NCBI RefSeq assembly: GCF_006345805.1
Contig: NC_043005.1
Span: 103,664,001-103,728,000 of the forward strand
DNA length: 64,000 nt
Direction of reading: 5' to 3'
DNA from: Octopus sinensis
Lineage: Eukaryota
The notes under the pieces: model-generated
What the model was told of the DNA's origin: nothing
Databases searched by the model: none
Seen by the model: only the letters and a program-made list of their open reading frames with translations
Shown here: one piece after another, positions 12,458 through 26,150 of the stretch
Layout of the letters: each line of letters opens with the position of its first letter
How positions within the stretch are numbered: position 1 is the first letter of the stretch
Position numbers and translations under genes: made by a program

Positions 12458-12921
12458 TGAATTTTCTGCTGCTTTAAATAAAGTATATATATATATATAT
12501 ATATAATATATATATATATGCGCTGGACATTGAAACCTGGAGCAGTCTTCTGCCAAGCCAGCTCTTGTCAAACTATCCAACCCATGCCAGCATGGAAAGC
12601 AGACATTAAATGATGATGAAGATGATAATATATACATACATATATATATATATATATATGATGATGGCCGTCCACTCGTGACCAAGGAAGACCATTGCTG
12701 ACCTTCAGGAACATTGTGTGCTCTAGGACTAACCTATATTTTGCATTTGCGGTTCTGTTCATGGCTTATGAGCCCTGCTCTTGACAAGCATACACGACTG
12801 CAAACATTGCAAACCCAGCTTTCCCCTTTCACTACACACACACACACACACACACACATGCATATATACAAATACATACACACACACATACGCACACACA
12901 CATATAAGAAAAGAGATACAA

Positions 12922-13180
12922 AACAGGAAGTTGAAAAATTTATTAGTATTATCTATTCACCATTACACATGTTTCACTTACTAATAGGAATTATAAAGTT
13001 TTACATGTTTGATAGACATCTAAGGGATTTTCTATTAGACATTTCTCACACAAGGAGAATTTTTTAAAAGGAAATTCATTATATGTCTATCTAATGTGTA
13101 AAACTTTGTAATTCCTATTAGTAAACGAAACATGCGTAGCGGTGAATAAATAATGCCAATAAATTTTCCAACTTCCTGTT
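12922..13180. repeat. Imperfect inverted repeat with ~98-bp arms
   Basis: AACAGGAAGTTGAAAAATTTATT...GATAGACAT pairs with ATGTCTATC...AATAAATTTTCCAACTTCCTGTT. Confidence 0.85.
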
Positions 13181-13304
13181 ATGCTACACAATAACTCTGC
13201 TAAGAATATTTTCAGAATTTTCAACTGATATGTGCCTTTCATCTATACAATAACGATAGTAAATACATACAGAATAACCAAATGTCCTTCAAGAGGAAAA
13301 CAGT

Positions 13305-13712
13305 TACTCTTTTACTTGTTTCAGTCATTTGACTGTGGCCATGCTGGAGCACCACCTTTAGTCGAACAAATCGACCCCAGGGCTTATTCTTTGTAAGCTT
13401 AGTACTTATTCTATCGGTCTCTTTTGCCGAACCACTAAGTTATGGGGATGTAAACACACCAGCATTGGTTGTCAAGCAATGTTGGGGGAATAAACACAGA
13501 CACACAAACACACACACATACATACATACATATATATATATACATACATATGACAGGCTTCTTTCAGTTTCCGTCTACCAAATCCACTCACAAGGCTTTG
13601 GTCAGCCCGAGGCTATAGTAGAAGACACATGCCCAAGGTGTCACACAGTGGGACTGAACCCGGAACCATGCGGTTCATAAGCAAGCTACTTACCACACAG
13701 CCACTCACCTAC
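13305..13712 (-). mobile_element. tRNA-derived SINE family A
   Basis: Reverse complement of the same consensus. Confidence 0.85.
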
Positions 13713-14104
13713 ATAATACGTGAGATGAATTCTCTTGCCATGAACGAGAAATGAAGGTACAGTAAAATAAAGCAGTAATCATGTCCTTTGGGCACGGATG
13801 TGTCTGCTGAGCCCTGCTGGTGCCTTGTAAGACTTTTGGCAAATGAAACAAGTTGAGGACTCAGTTTGCTTGAGTGCTTGTGGATCATTTATTATGTTTG
13901 CTTCATGCTGCAAAACCACAATGACAGGTAAGGTTTTCATATAGAGGAGCAGCACTTTGCTAGCCTACCTCCTTGCTTGCATCAAATTAGTCCTGATGTT
14001 GGAGTTGACTTTGCTCAAATCTTTGAACTGAGGAGAAGCAGGACTGATACCAGGTCCTGTGTTTTGACACTTTGTTTTTCCAGGACGAAAATGGAATGTT
14101 GCAT

Positions 14105-14897
14105 CCGTTCAGGTGGTACTGGCAACGGCCATGCTCAAATGGTGTTTTTACATGCCACCTGCACAGGAGCCAGTCCAGCGGCACTGGCAACGACCTTGCT
14201 TGACTGTTTTTTCACGTACCACCTGCACAAGTGCCAGTAAGGCGATGCTGACAACGATTGTGCTTGAATGGTGCTTTTTATGTGCCACCGGCACAGAAGC
14301 CAGTTGGCTGCTCTGGCAATGATCACACTCGGATGGTGCTCTTAGTGCTTCACTAGCATTGATGCAAGTCACTGAATTTGATTTTGATTTCTATTTCACT
14401 TGCCTCAACAGGTCTTCGCAAGCAGAGTTTAATGTCCAAAGAAGGAAAGGTATGCATGAGTGTGCTGGTTACACCCCTGGCATAGGCCATGAGGTTATGG
14501 TCTCACTTGGCTTGCTGGGTCTTCTCAAGCACAGCATATTTCCAAAAGTCTCAGTCACTAGTCATTGCCTCGGTGAGGACTAATGTTCAAAGGTCGTGCT
14601 TCACCACTTCATCCCAGGTCTTCCTGGGTCTACCTCTTCCACAGGTTCCCTCAACCGCTAGGGTGTGGCACTTTTTCACACAGCTATCCTCATCCATTCT
14701 TGCCACATGACCATACCAGCACAGTCGTCTCTCTTGCACACCACATCTGATGCTTCTTAGGTCCAACTTTTCTCTCAAGGTACTTACACTCTATTGAGTA
14801 CGCACACTGACATTACACATCCATCGGAGCATACAGGCTTCCTTCCTTGCAAGCTTATGCATGTCCTCAGCAGTCACAGCCCATGTTTCACTGCCAC
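14105..14897 (-). mobile_element. RTE-clade LINE 3' fragment (ORF end plus repetitive 3' UTR)
   Basis: LREKLDLRSIRCGVQERRLCWYGHVARM...GRGRPRKTWDEVVKHDL, followed by the ~60-bp GTGGCACGTAAAAAGCACC repeats seen in many dispersed copies. Confidence 0.85.
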
Positions 14898-15144
14898 CCA
14901 TGTTTCCCTCACACACACACACACACACACATAATATATATATATATATATATATATAATTTTAAAAAAAAAACACCTTTCATCAATTCATAAATTTTGA
15001 ATTGATAAAAGGTGGGGTTTTTTTCTAATTTTATATATATATATATATTTTTATATAGAGATTATATTGTGTGGAATTTGATTTAGCATTTCTAAATTGA
15101 ATTTTTTTCCCTGTAAGTTTGGATTAATATTCCCTCAAATAATA

Positions 15145-15181
<37 letters not shown>

Positions 15182-16441
15182 TTATTTATTTATGAATATA
15201 TACATATGCATACATATATACATATACACAGTCACTTATACACAAAACACACATATACATATTTCATATCAATAACTATACTCTTGCAAATATTGAAAAT
15301 GGAGAAATTTTTTAAATTACATGATTCAGAGTAGGAGGGAGGGAGAGGGACAGAAAGAGAAAGAGATGTATATATATACACTCATATATCTATATACACA
15401 GAAATGAAAAGAGAAAGAAATATATTTCTGTTCATACCTGAATATAGTTAAAGAAATATGTATAAATAAATTAGGAGACCCATATGAAAGTAGGGGTAAG
15501 AAATAATTAAATAGCAGCAAAACAATTATATTATATATTCACAAATGTGTTTGTGCGTGTGTGTGTGCCTATACACATGTGCTTGTCTCTATGTGTGTGT
15601 ATACATGTGTATATGCAAGTGTGTGTGTGTGTGTATGTATATATATATATATATATATATATACATAATACAAACACCTACATACATTTACATGTTTATA
15701 TATATATATACACACGCACACATATATATATATAAAGGGAGAGGTGTTTGTATGTGTATGCATAAACACATATAAATAAATGTAAATATATATATATTCA
15801 CTCACACACATATATAAATTTATATATATATATAAAACATATATATACATATACACACAAATATACTTATATGTGGGTGAATGTGCATATACATCATCTA
15901 TCCACCTATATATATATAGAGAGAGAGAGAGAGCAATAGATAGATAGATAGATACAGATATATACACACATATATATACATTGTGTAAGTGTGGGTACAT
16001 GTACATATATGTAAATGCATGCACATACACAGAGATACATATATACATACACATAAACACCCAGATGTACATATGTGTGCGAGTAGTTGAAGGTGATGAT
16101 AGATGAAATAATATGGATGACAACAGGTTAAGGAAAAAATTTCCCTCAAGAAAGTTTTAAGTATTTAAAAACCAAGAAAAATGCCTGTCTATGATGAAAC
16201 CACCACCACTACTACTACTACTACTGCTACTACTACTACTACTACTACTACCACCCTACCACTGCGACCATCGCTATCACTGCTACTGCTACCACCATTT
16301 CTTCTGCTCCTACTGTTACCGATCTCTGATATAAGCACAGGACTAAAAATTTGATGGAAGAGTTTAGTTGATTAAACTCATCCCAATCTGTAAGTGGTAC
16401 TTCATGCCTTCAATTGAATAACGATGAGCAGCAAAGTGAGT

Positions 16442-16795
16442 GGAGGCGCAATGGCCCAGTGGTTAGGGCAGTGGACTCGCTGCTGGAGGAACACAGTTTC
16501 GATTCCCAGACCGGGCGTTGTGTGTGTTTATTGAGCGAAAACACCTAAAGCCCTACAAGGCTCCGGCAGGAGGTGGTGGCGACCCCTGTTGTACTCTTTC
16601 GCTCCAACTTTCTCTCACTCTTTCTTTCTGTTTCTTGTCCCCCGACTTCCTAGGCAACCACTGAGCCTGGATGCGCATTCATCCATCTGTCGATGCCCTC
16701 GGTGTTGGGGGTTGACCTGCTTTCTCTTCTGCAGGTCTTACAAATAGCAAAGGACCACGTTTCGAACTTCTCCCACAACAAACAAACAAACAAGC
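16442..16795 (+). mobile_element. tRNA(Arg)-like SINE family C
   Basis: GGAGGCGCAATGGCCCAGTGGTTAGGGCAGTGGACTCG...GTTTCGATTCCC with a (CAAA)n tail. A related copy lies at 39343-39650. Confidence 0.65.
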
Positions 16796-16839
16796 AGCAA
16801 AGTCAGACTCAGTGGAATTTGAACTCAGTAGTAGTAGCA

Positions 16840-16869
<30 letters not shown>

Positions 16870-16874
<5 letters not shown>

Positions 16875-17272
16875 CCTTTCTGCTATAGGCACAAGGCCTA
16901 AAATTTTGGGGGAGAGGACTAGTTGATTACATCGACCCCAGTGTTTAACTGGTACTTAATTTATCAACCCTGAAAGGATGAAAGGTAAAGTCGACCTCAA
17001 CGAAATTTAAACTCAGAATGTAGCAACAGTCAAAATACTTATTTCTTTAATACCCACAAGGGGCTAAACATAGAGGGGACAAACAAGGACAGACAAACGG
17101 ATTAAGTTGATTATATCGACCCCAGTATGTAACTGGTACTTATTTAATCGACCCCGAAAGGATGAAAGGCAAAGTCGACCTCAGTGGAATTTGAACTCAG
17201 AACATAGCAACAGTCAAAATACTGCTAAGCATTTCACCCGGCATGCTAATGATTCTGCCAGCTTGCCGCCTT
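16870..17272 (-). mobile_element. SINE family B (dimeric)
   Basis: Reverse complement of family B. Further copies at 18350-18757, 22680-23120, 23600-24020, 31788-32010 and 45788-46018. Confidence 0.8.
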
Positions 17273-17996
17273 AAAAATAATAATCTCTTTTACTCTTTTA
17301 CTTGTTTCAGTCATTTGACTGTGGCCATGCTGGAGCACCGCCTTCAGTCGAAGAAATCGACCCCAGGACTTATTCTTTGTAAGCCTAGCACACATAACCA
17401 AAACCTCGAGGCTACAAGAGAATGCAAGGTAAATTCAAAACAATGTAAATAGATTAGCATTACATTTCATAGAGCGATCTGAATGCTAAAGAGTGAAAGT
17501 GAGATGATCACAGACAGCCCTTAACCAAACATCCAAGTTGTAACTTCAGAAACCCTTGAATTTACACTTAAGAGATCAGACCAACCCAAGGCAAGGCTAT
17601 ATAGATCAAACATTACACAAGCAGGTAAAAGCGAGGAGAAAAGTGACTGAGAACACTTTTCAGAAATGATACAGCTCACACAGAACCATTTAAGTTGAGA
17701 TACAGAAAGAACACCAGAGCTGTGTCATAATTAGTTTGGAAATATAATATAGATGATGACACCGAAAGCCATAAAGTTGACGCCCAAGTACAGCGATGAC
17801 ATCACACCACCTTACATCTCCAGCTTCACACTTGATGCCAAGTTCATTACAATCTAACTCAACCGGTGATTAACCACAAAGCCAATTAGAAAGATCCAAG
17901 TAGAGCTCACAGCCATTCTGAACATGATTGCCTGTGTGTCTGTGTGTCTACAACTCTCTCTCTCTCATTCTCTTTCAACGACTACCTTCCTCTATG

Positions 17997-18028
<32 letters not shown>

Positions 18029-19229
18029 TTCCATGTTTTCAATTATCCACCTATTATTTCTACATTCCCTTGCTTCACACGATACACACACACACACACA
18101 ACACACACACATCCAACTCATTTTGGCATGGAAAGCAGACATAAAATGATGGTGAAGATTATAACATCATCATCATCATCATAAGCTTCGTCATTGTCAT
18201 AATCATCATCATCATCATTTAATGTCCATTTTTCATGCTGACATGGGTTGGACAGTTTAACAGGAGCTGGCAAACCAGGGAAGCTGCACCAGGCTCCAGT
18301 AATGCCTTGACATCATTTCCATGGTTGGATGCCCTTCCTAACACCAACCTATTTCTTTACTACTCACAAGGGGCTAAATACAGAGAGGACAAACAAGGAC
18401 AGAAAAAAATGGATTAAGTCGACCCCAGTGCATAACTGGTACTTATTTAATCAGCCCCGAAAGGACGAAAAGCAAAGTTGACCTCGGCGGAATTTGAACT
18501 CAGAACGAAGCGGCAGACGAAATACTTATTTCTTTACTACCCACAAGGGGCTAAACACAGAGAGGACAAACAAGGACAGACAAATGGATTAAGTCGATTA
18601 TGTTGACCCCAGTGTGTAACTGGTACTTATTTAATCAACCCCGAAAGGATGAAACGCAAAGTTGACCTCGGCGGAATCTGAACTCAGAACGTAGCGGCAG
18701 ACAAATTACTGCTAAGGATTTCGCCCGGTGTGCTAACGTTTTAGCCAGCTCGCCGCCTAACACCAACCACTTTACAGTGTGTCCTGGGAGACAGAGAGAC
18801 ACACATTATACAGATACATACAAATAGACACACAAACATGTAGGATAGTAGCGGGCTTACATGTATAAATAATGAAGCAAGTTAAAGTTGCAGGAGAGCA
18901 ACCAGCTTATATCTGTTCGACAAACTCGGAGTTAAAGACAATTTGCAGAACAAAGATAAGAATTTTGAATTTGATATCTCAGCTTTCTTCATATTACTAT
19001 GTTAACTACCTCCTCTCTACCTCCTTGTCTCTATCCCATTCTCTTCCTTTCTCAGCCTCTTTTATACAGACCCTTTTACGCAGCACCCTCAAACTTGTTA
19101 GTTCATCACAACTCAAGAACTAATAAATGTGCCCTTCTGTGTAAGTGCCATGGAGAAAACTTCACTCTCAGGTGCCAAGAATACATTTGCAATCCTCACC
19201 ATGCTGCCTCTACTGACATAACAGACAGA

Positions 19230-19570
19230 ATCATCATCATCATCATTGTTTAACGTACACTTAAACTGGGGTCTGGGAAGTCAGGAGGCTGCACCAGGCT
19301 CCAGTCTGATCTGACAGTGTTTCTACAGTTGGATGCCCTTCCTAACACCAACCACTCTGTGAGTGTAGTGGGTGCTTTCTACGTGCCACCGGCATGGTGC
19401 CAGATGAGGCTGGCAGCCACGATCAGTTGGTGGTTTTTACGTGCCACCAGCACGGAGGCCAATCGGGGCGGCGGTGGCAATGGCCACTTTCGGATGGTTC
19501 TTTTACATGCCACTGGCACTGGTATCACAACTACAATTTCCATTGATTTTTGAGCGATTTTGATTCCGAA
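19230..19570 (-). mobile_element. RTE-derived 3' UTR repeat
   Basis: Same family motifs. Confidence 0.7.
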
Positions 19571-19835
19571 TCTGTATAGTAACCCCATGTCAGATCACCA
19601 ATATGTTTCCCATTCAGTAGCTTAGGATTTTCTCATTTTCATATCAATGAGATGCTGATTTTGCAGACTTCATTGCAGGCTACACATCTCTGAAACAACT
19701 TTGAATAAGAACTGATACAGGGAAGAACATCTCTAGAGTAAGAAGTGAGGTTAACTGCATCCAGTACACTCTGTGAAACAGTTAATGATATGATAGGCAT
19801 AAAGTCACAGAATCTATTCACAATAAAATACACAT

Positions 19836-20240
19836 AGGCGCAGGAGTGGCTGTGTGGTAAGTAGCTTGCTCACCAACCACATGGTTCTGGGTTCAGTCCC
19901 GCTGCATGGCATCTTGGGTAAGCATCTTCTGCTATAGCCTGGGCCAACCAAAGCCTTATGAGTGGATTTGGTAGACAGAAACTGAAAGAAGCCTGTTGTA
20001 TATATGTATATATTGGTGTGTGTGTGTGTTTGTGTGTCTGTGTTTGTCCCCCCAACATCGCTTGACAACCAATGCTGGTGTGTTTACATCCCCGTAACTT
20101 AGCGGTTTGGCAAAAGAGACGGATAGAATAAGTACTAGGCTTACAAGGAATAAGTCCTGGGGTCGATTTGCTCGACTAAAAGCAGTGCTCCAGCATGGCC
20201 ACAGTCAAATGACTGAAACAAGTAAAAGAGTAAAAGAGTA
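19836..20240 (+). mobile_element. tRNA-derived SINE family A
   Basis: Runs from GGCGCAGGAGTGGCTGTGTGGTAAG to the GTAAAAGA tail. Confidence 0.85.
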
Positions 20241-21983
20241 TAGGACATACTCAAAACCAAAATTGGTTGGTTTCTTCAGTTGTTGGTATGTGTGCAACAT
20301 GAGATAATAGAGCCAGTCATTATTATGTAAAAAGGTAATTATGTAAAAAGGTAATTATGTAAAAAGGTAATTGTAGAAAGTAAAAAGGAAGATTTAGTGG
20401 AGTAAATATTTCAGTCAGTTTAGAGTAAAAGAAAATGAAGAGTATAAATAAACGCAGAGAAACAGAATACTTCCAACATTCTGTTAGTCACAGTGTGACG
20501 GTCTTATCCATGGACGATATTCAGAAATAGACAGAAAAAAATGTCAGGACCTTTGAATTGGTCATAACATTTCAGGAAAGAAAATCAATTGGGGTGATCT
20601 CTCAAATCGTCTTTTGCAAGAGTCCAAGCATGGCTGTGGTGCTATAGAGTTTGTTATGCAGTCTTGAGTTTCTGGGTTCAAACCCACTACACAGCACCTT
20701 TGGCAAGGGCTTTCTAACATAGCCTTAGTCTAAGTAATGCTTTGTGTGCAACATTTCATAGACAGAAAGCGTGCTTGGAGGGGAGAGAGAGAGGGGGGGG
20801 CGAGAGAGACAGACAGACAGAGACAGAGAGAGAAAGAGTGAGATAGAGAGAGACAGACAGACAGAGAGAGAGTGAGAGACTGAGAGAGACAGAGAGAGAG
20901 AACATGTGTGTGTGTGTGGATATCAGCAAGGCAATTCCCAATTAAGAATTACGTGCAACACAAATACCTTGTGGTATTTATTTCATCCAAGTTGCACTGA
21001 CACTCCCTTGTTATTTCCACCACATGATCTACAGTGAACCAGTGACTGGATACCAGGAAGCTACAGAACCACAAAATGAGATTCCTTACAAATATTATGA
21101 TATTATTGGTGAGTGCCACCAGAACGGCTGTTGTTTCCTTCTCTCAAATTTGCACTAACATTGTTTAACAGTCAATAAAGCTTTAGATTATTTTTCAAAA
21201 AAAGGGAACAGTAATTTCTGATGCCCATGGTTCTCTGCTGAAAGGTGCTACAGCAATGAAGGAAATTAAAATAGTTCAGTCAGCGCAGATTCTGGGAAGA
21301 CAGGAAGTAAAGGAACACAAAGAAAAAGTAAATAAAGAAAATAGTATAAAACAATTAAATTGCACTTCTGTTCATTTCACAGATGAATGGTTACATCAAG
21401 GTGAGGTTTAGACATCCAATCACTCTTCGACACACATGCACCACAGACCTGTGCACAAATATACATATTTGAAGAACAATTCAACCCACCGAAGCACGAA
21501 ATAAAAACTGACATATAAACTAATTACAAAAAAAAAAAGAAAAACAAAGAAATCAAAGAAAAACATGAAGAAACAAATGAAAACAGAGAAACAAAGAGAA
21601 GTAAAAATAATAAAAAAAAACAGGAAGGGAAGATAGAATAATGGAACAAAACAACGACAAGGAATATAAATACTAAAACAAAGGAACAAAGTAGAAGAAT
21701 GAAGCATAGTGGGAGGCGGGGGGAGGGGGAGGAACCTAGAGAGGAAGAATGGTAGGAATTGTGGACCGCTTTTCTCCAGCAGCATCTACAGGATGAGAAA
21801 GGTAATTCCAGGACAGGAAAATGTAGGAAATATACTACAATGTATGCGTACGGCAAATAATGGCTTTCACTTTGTGATTGCACTGCCACCGACGACACCC
21901 GCTGCAACCTACCCCCATCTCCCCCCCCACTGATATTGATGTGTTCTGATGTGCATCGCTGTACGTTTGTTTTGCACACTGTT

Positions 21984-22020
<37 letters not shown>

Positions 22021-22170
22021 AGAAAATAAAGGGGAATACGAAAAAAACACAAAGAAACATAACAAACATAAGTCCCGGGGTCGAGTTGCTCGACTAAAGG
22101 CGGTGCTCCAGCATGGCCGCAGTCAACTGACTGAAACAAGTAAAAGAGAGTAAAGAGTAAAGAGTAAACA

Positions 22171-22582
22171 TACTCTTGTACTTGTTTCAGTCATTTGACT
22201 GTGCCCATGCTGGAGCACCGCCTTTAGTCGAGCAAATCGACCCCAGGACTTATTCTTTGTAAGCCTAGTACTTATTCTATCGGCCTCTTTAGTTAAACCA
22301 CTAAGTTTCGAGGACGTTAACACACCAGCATCGGTCGTCAAGCAATGCTAGGAGGACAAACACAGATACACAAACATATACACACACATACATATATATA
22401 TATATTTATACATATATACGACGGGCTTCTTTCAGTTTCCCTTTACCAAATCCACTCACAAGGCTTTGGTCGGCATGAGGCTATAGTAGAAGACACTTGC
22501 CCAAGGTGCCACGCAGTGGGACTGAACCCGGAACTATGTGGTTCGTAAGCAAGCTACTTACCACACAGCCACTCCTACGCCT
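22171..22582 (-). mobile_element. tRNA-derived SINE family A, tail-to-tail with a partial + copy (22068-22168)
   Basis: Matches the family consensus, with an adjacent inverted tail. Confidence 0.85.
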
Positions 22583-23123
22583 GTCAACATGCAAAATATT
22601 TTACAAGAAATACATACAGAAGGTACTACAAATAATAATAATAATAATGATAATAATAATGACGATGATGATGATGATTTCAAATTTTGGCACAAGGCCA
22701 GAAGTTTTAGGAGAGGGGTTAAGTTAATTACACTGACTCTAGTGTTCAACTGGTACTTATTTTACCAACTCTGAAAAGATGAAAGTCAAAGTTGACCTTG
22801 GCAGAATTTGAACTCAGAACAGACGAGGCCTGAAATTTGGATCGAAGGGGCAAGTCGGTTATATCAACCCCAGTGCTTGACTGATATTTAATTTATCAAC
22901 CCTAAAGAGATAGGCACAAGGCCAACAATGCTAAGAGGAGGGGGGTGAGGGTGGATCTAGGAGAGAGCATCAACTCCAGTACATGACTGGTACTTACTGA
23001 TCAGGAAAAGAAGAAAGGCAAAAGTTAGCCTTGATAGGATTTGAACTCAAGATGTAAGTAGCTGGAACAAATGCTAATGCCAGAGAACCTTTTTTGTTTT
23101 CCAACACTCTAAGGATTCTGCTA

Positions 23124-23176
<53 letters not shown>

Positions 23177-23191
23177 TAATAATAATAATAA

Positions 23192-23580
23192 TATTCAAAT
23201 AGAAATTAGCAAAATGTGAAACCTGAAGACTAAAACAATACCTGTTGTCATAGCTGCCCTGGGAATGATAGCAAAAGGGGCTGATTGCTAACTAGCTCAG
23301 ATACCAGGAAACCCCAGAATGGCAGAAATTCAAAAGAAAGTGCTCATGGGAACCGCTCATATCCTACGCAAAATACTTTCTATGTAATCTCAAGTTTTAA
23401 AACAAACATAATTTTCTTATGGTTTCTTAAGCATTCTCTAGAACAACACTATGTACAAAACCAAATATATGGCACACTAGGCATAACACCAACATGAACT
23501 TCCAACCTGTTGTCTCTTGAGGTCTCTGGGTGAGACTTGGAGCCAACTTGTACAAATGTAAAGCAAAAGTAAAACATAAA
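23192..23580 (+). mobile_element. R4/Dong-like (REL endonuclease) LINE 3' end inserted in (TAA)n
   Basis: IQIEISKM*NLKTKTIPVVIAALGMI...EIQKKVLMGTAHILRKILSM*, flanked on both sides by TAA repeats. Confidence 0.75.
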
Positions 23581-24039
23581 ATAATAATAATAATAATAAT
23601 CCTTTCTACTATAGGCACACGGCCTGAAATTTGGGGGAAGGGGATTGCCGATTACATTGACCCCAGTACTTGACTGGTACTTACTTTATCAACCCCAAAA
23701 GGATAAAAGGCAAAGTCGAGCTTGGCAGAATTTGAACTCAGAACGTAGCAACAGATGAAACACTGCTAAGCATTTCACCTGGTATGCTAATGAATTCTGC
23801 CAGCTCAACACCTTAATAATCATAATAGTAATAAGGGTTTCAAATTTGGGGAAGGGAATGAGCCCATTACATCGACCCCCAATGTTTCCCTGGTACTTAT
23901 TTAATCGACCCCAAAAGGATGAAAGGCAAAGTTGACCTCAGAGGAATTTGAACTCAGAACATAGCGACAGATGAAATGTCGCTAAACATTTCACCTGGCA
24001 TGCTAACGATTCTGCCAGCTGACTGCAATAATAATAATG

Positions 24040-24118
<79 letters not shown>

Positions 24119-24420
24119 GGTCATGTGCTGTTTATCTTGATATGAGATCACCATGCCGTGCACATATGGTTGTGATGCATGTGCCTGGTGTACCCTTATC
24201 AGACGGGTAGTCATGATGGGTATACTGGGCTTCGTATATTTTACCCCAGTGTCACTTTGATGGCATGCACTGCTCTCTCACTCAATAATAACAATAATGA
24301 TAATGCTAATAATAATAATAACGACAACAATAATAATAATGATGATAACAATAATAATAATAATAATAATAATATAATAATAATAATAATAATAATATTA
24401 GCAATGATAATAATAATAAT

Positions 24421-24466
<46 letters not shown>

Positions 24467-25131
24467 GTGTAACAACAACAACAACCATAAAAGCCTTTTA
24501 AACAATGATGCATGCACATGAAAACGTTTACAAAAGCGAATTAAAGTCAGTGCAATATAACACCGGTGCACGTGTACTGTGCACCTATGTGCGTACACAC
24601 ATTCACACGTATACACGTACACTCATGTGGACACATGCAACAGAGTATATCTGCTTCCACTTAAATACACGACGGAGCATTTCCAAGGAGGAAAATATGG
24701 CAGCAGCAGCAGCGGTGGAGGTGGTGACGGTGGTTCCTGTTTGTGTGTCTAATTGTAACTGTACAGGTGTGTGTGTGTGTGTGTTGGTGTTAGGTGAGAG
24801 TGTTTGTAGATGGATGTTAATGTGTGTGGTTAAAGGTGTGTGCGTATGTCACTTTGTATGATGAATGTGGTTGTGTCTGTGGCTATGGGCAAATGAATCG
24901 CTGTGTGTGTGTGTGTGCATTTGAGTATAATTAAAAATACAAGCACACGTGTGATATTGCGTACATTAACATATGTGTGTCTCTGCATATGCATGTGTGT
25001 GCGTACGCTTCAGTGACTCTAGTTATGTGTGTGCGTATGCGTATGTGTGCGTGAGTTATATGTTTAGCAGTGTAAGTATGTAATGGTTGATGTGTGTAGA
25101 AATACATTAATACAATTTACGTATACATATG

Positions 25132-25541
25132 TAGGCGCAGGAGTGGCTGTGTGGTAAGTAGCTTGCTTACCAACCACATGGTTCTGGGTTCAGTCCCACT
25201 GTGTGGCACCTTGGGCATGTGTCTTCTACTATAGCCTTGGACCGACCAAAGCCTTGTGAGTGGATTTGGTAGACGGAAACTGAAAGAAGCCCGTCGGATA
25301 TATGTATATATATATATCTATGCATGTGTGTGTTTGTGTGTCTGTGTTTGTCCCCACCCCCCAACATCGCTTGACAACCGATGCTGGTGTGTTTACATCC
25401 CCGTAACTTAGCGGTTCAGCAAAAGAGACCGATAGAATAAGTACTAGGCTTACAAAGAATAAGTCCTGGGGTCGATTTGCTTGACTAAATGCAGTGCTCC
25501 AGCATGGGCACAGTCAAATGACTGAAACAAGTAAAAGAGTA
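25132..25541 (+). mobile_element. tRNA-derived SINE family A
   Basis: Matches the family consensus. Confidence 0.85.
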
Positions 25542-25732
25542 TGTATGTATAAGTCTCTCTCTCTATATATTATATCAAAGCACAGTGTATATGACTAAGT
25601 GTATATGAGAGCATGTAACTTTGATCTGTTACTGCTTATTAGTATCAATCATTGAACTGTGGTCATGCTGTAGCACCTCACTGAAGGCCTTATACATGAC
25701 TTAGTAGCACTGTGATATAGTTACTACTAATA

Positions 25733-26150
25733 AGGCGGCGAGCTGGCAGAACTGTTAGCACGCCAGGTGAAATGCGTAGCAGTATTTCGTCTGCCGTTAC
25801 GTTCTGAGTTCAAATTCCGCCGAGGTCGACTTTGCCTTTCATCCTTTCGGGGTCGATAAATTAAGTACCAGTTACGCAGTGGGGGTCGATATAATCGACT
25901 TAATTCGTTTGTCTGTCCTTGTTTGTCCCCTCTATGTTTAGCCCCTTGTGGGTAATAAAGAAATAGGTATTTCGTCTGCCGTTACGTTCTGAGTTCAAAT
26001 TCCACCGAGGCCGACTTTGCCTTTCAAACTTTCGGGGTCGATAAATTAAGTACCAGTTATGCACTGGAGGTCGATGTAATCCACTTAATCCCTTTGTCTG
26101 TCCTTGTTTGTCCCCTCTATGTTTAGCCCCTTGTGGATAATAAAGAAACA
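25733..26150 (+). mobile_element. SINE family B with a tandemly duplicated ~175-bp body
   Basis: GGCGGCGAGCTGGCAGAA...GAGTTCAAATTCC (B box)...TTCATCCTTTCGGGGTCGATAAA, with the body repeated twice. Confidence 0.8.

Larger units (their letters stand above)
9301..12484 (-). mobile_element. Penelope-like retroelement (Naiad-type), 5'-truncated, with 3' pseudo-LTR and an inverted partial pseudo-LTR at its 5' end
   Basis: Minus-strand RT (VPMGAYD, YRDDGL, VDFLDV motifs) followed by a GIY-YIG region. 9373-9514 is an inverted repeat of 12343-12483. The element is flanked by (TA)n. Confidence 0.92.

Noticed and set aside
11807-12685. N-terminal ~120 aa of the listed 292-aa ORF as part of the RT protein
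   Set aside because: That part runs through an RTE UTR fragment, TA repeats and the inverted pseudo-LTR. Real RT similarity starts only below ~12330.
14960-15035. Short AT-rich inverted repeat
   Set aside because: The arms are only ~17 bp and low in complexity. It is probably another small fold-back but too weak to interpret.
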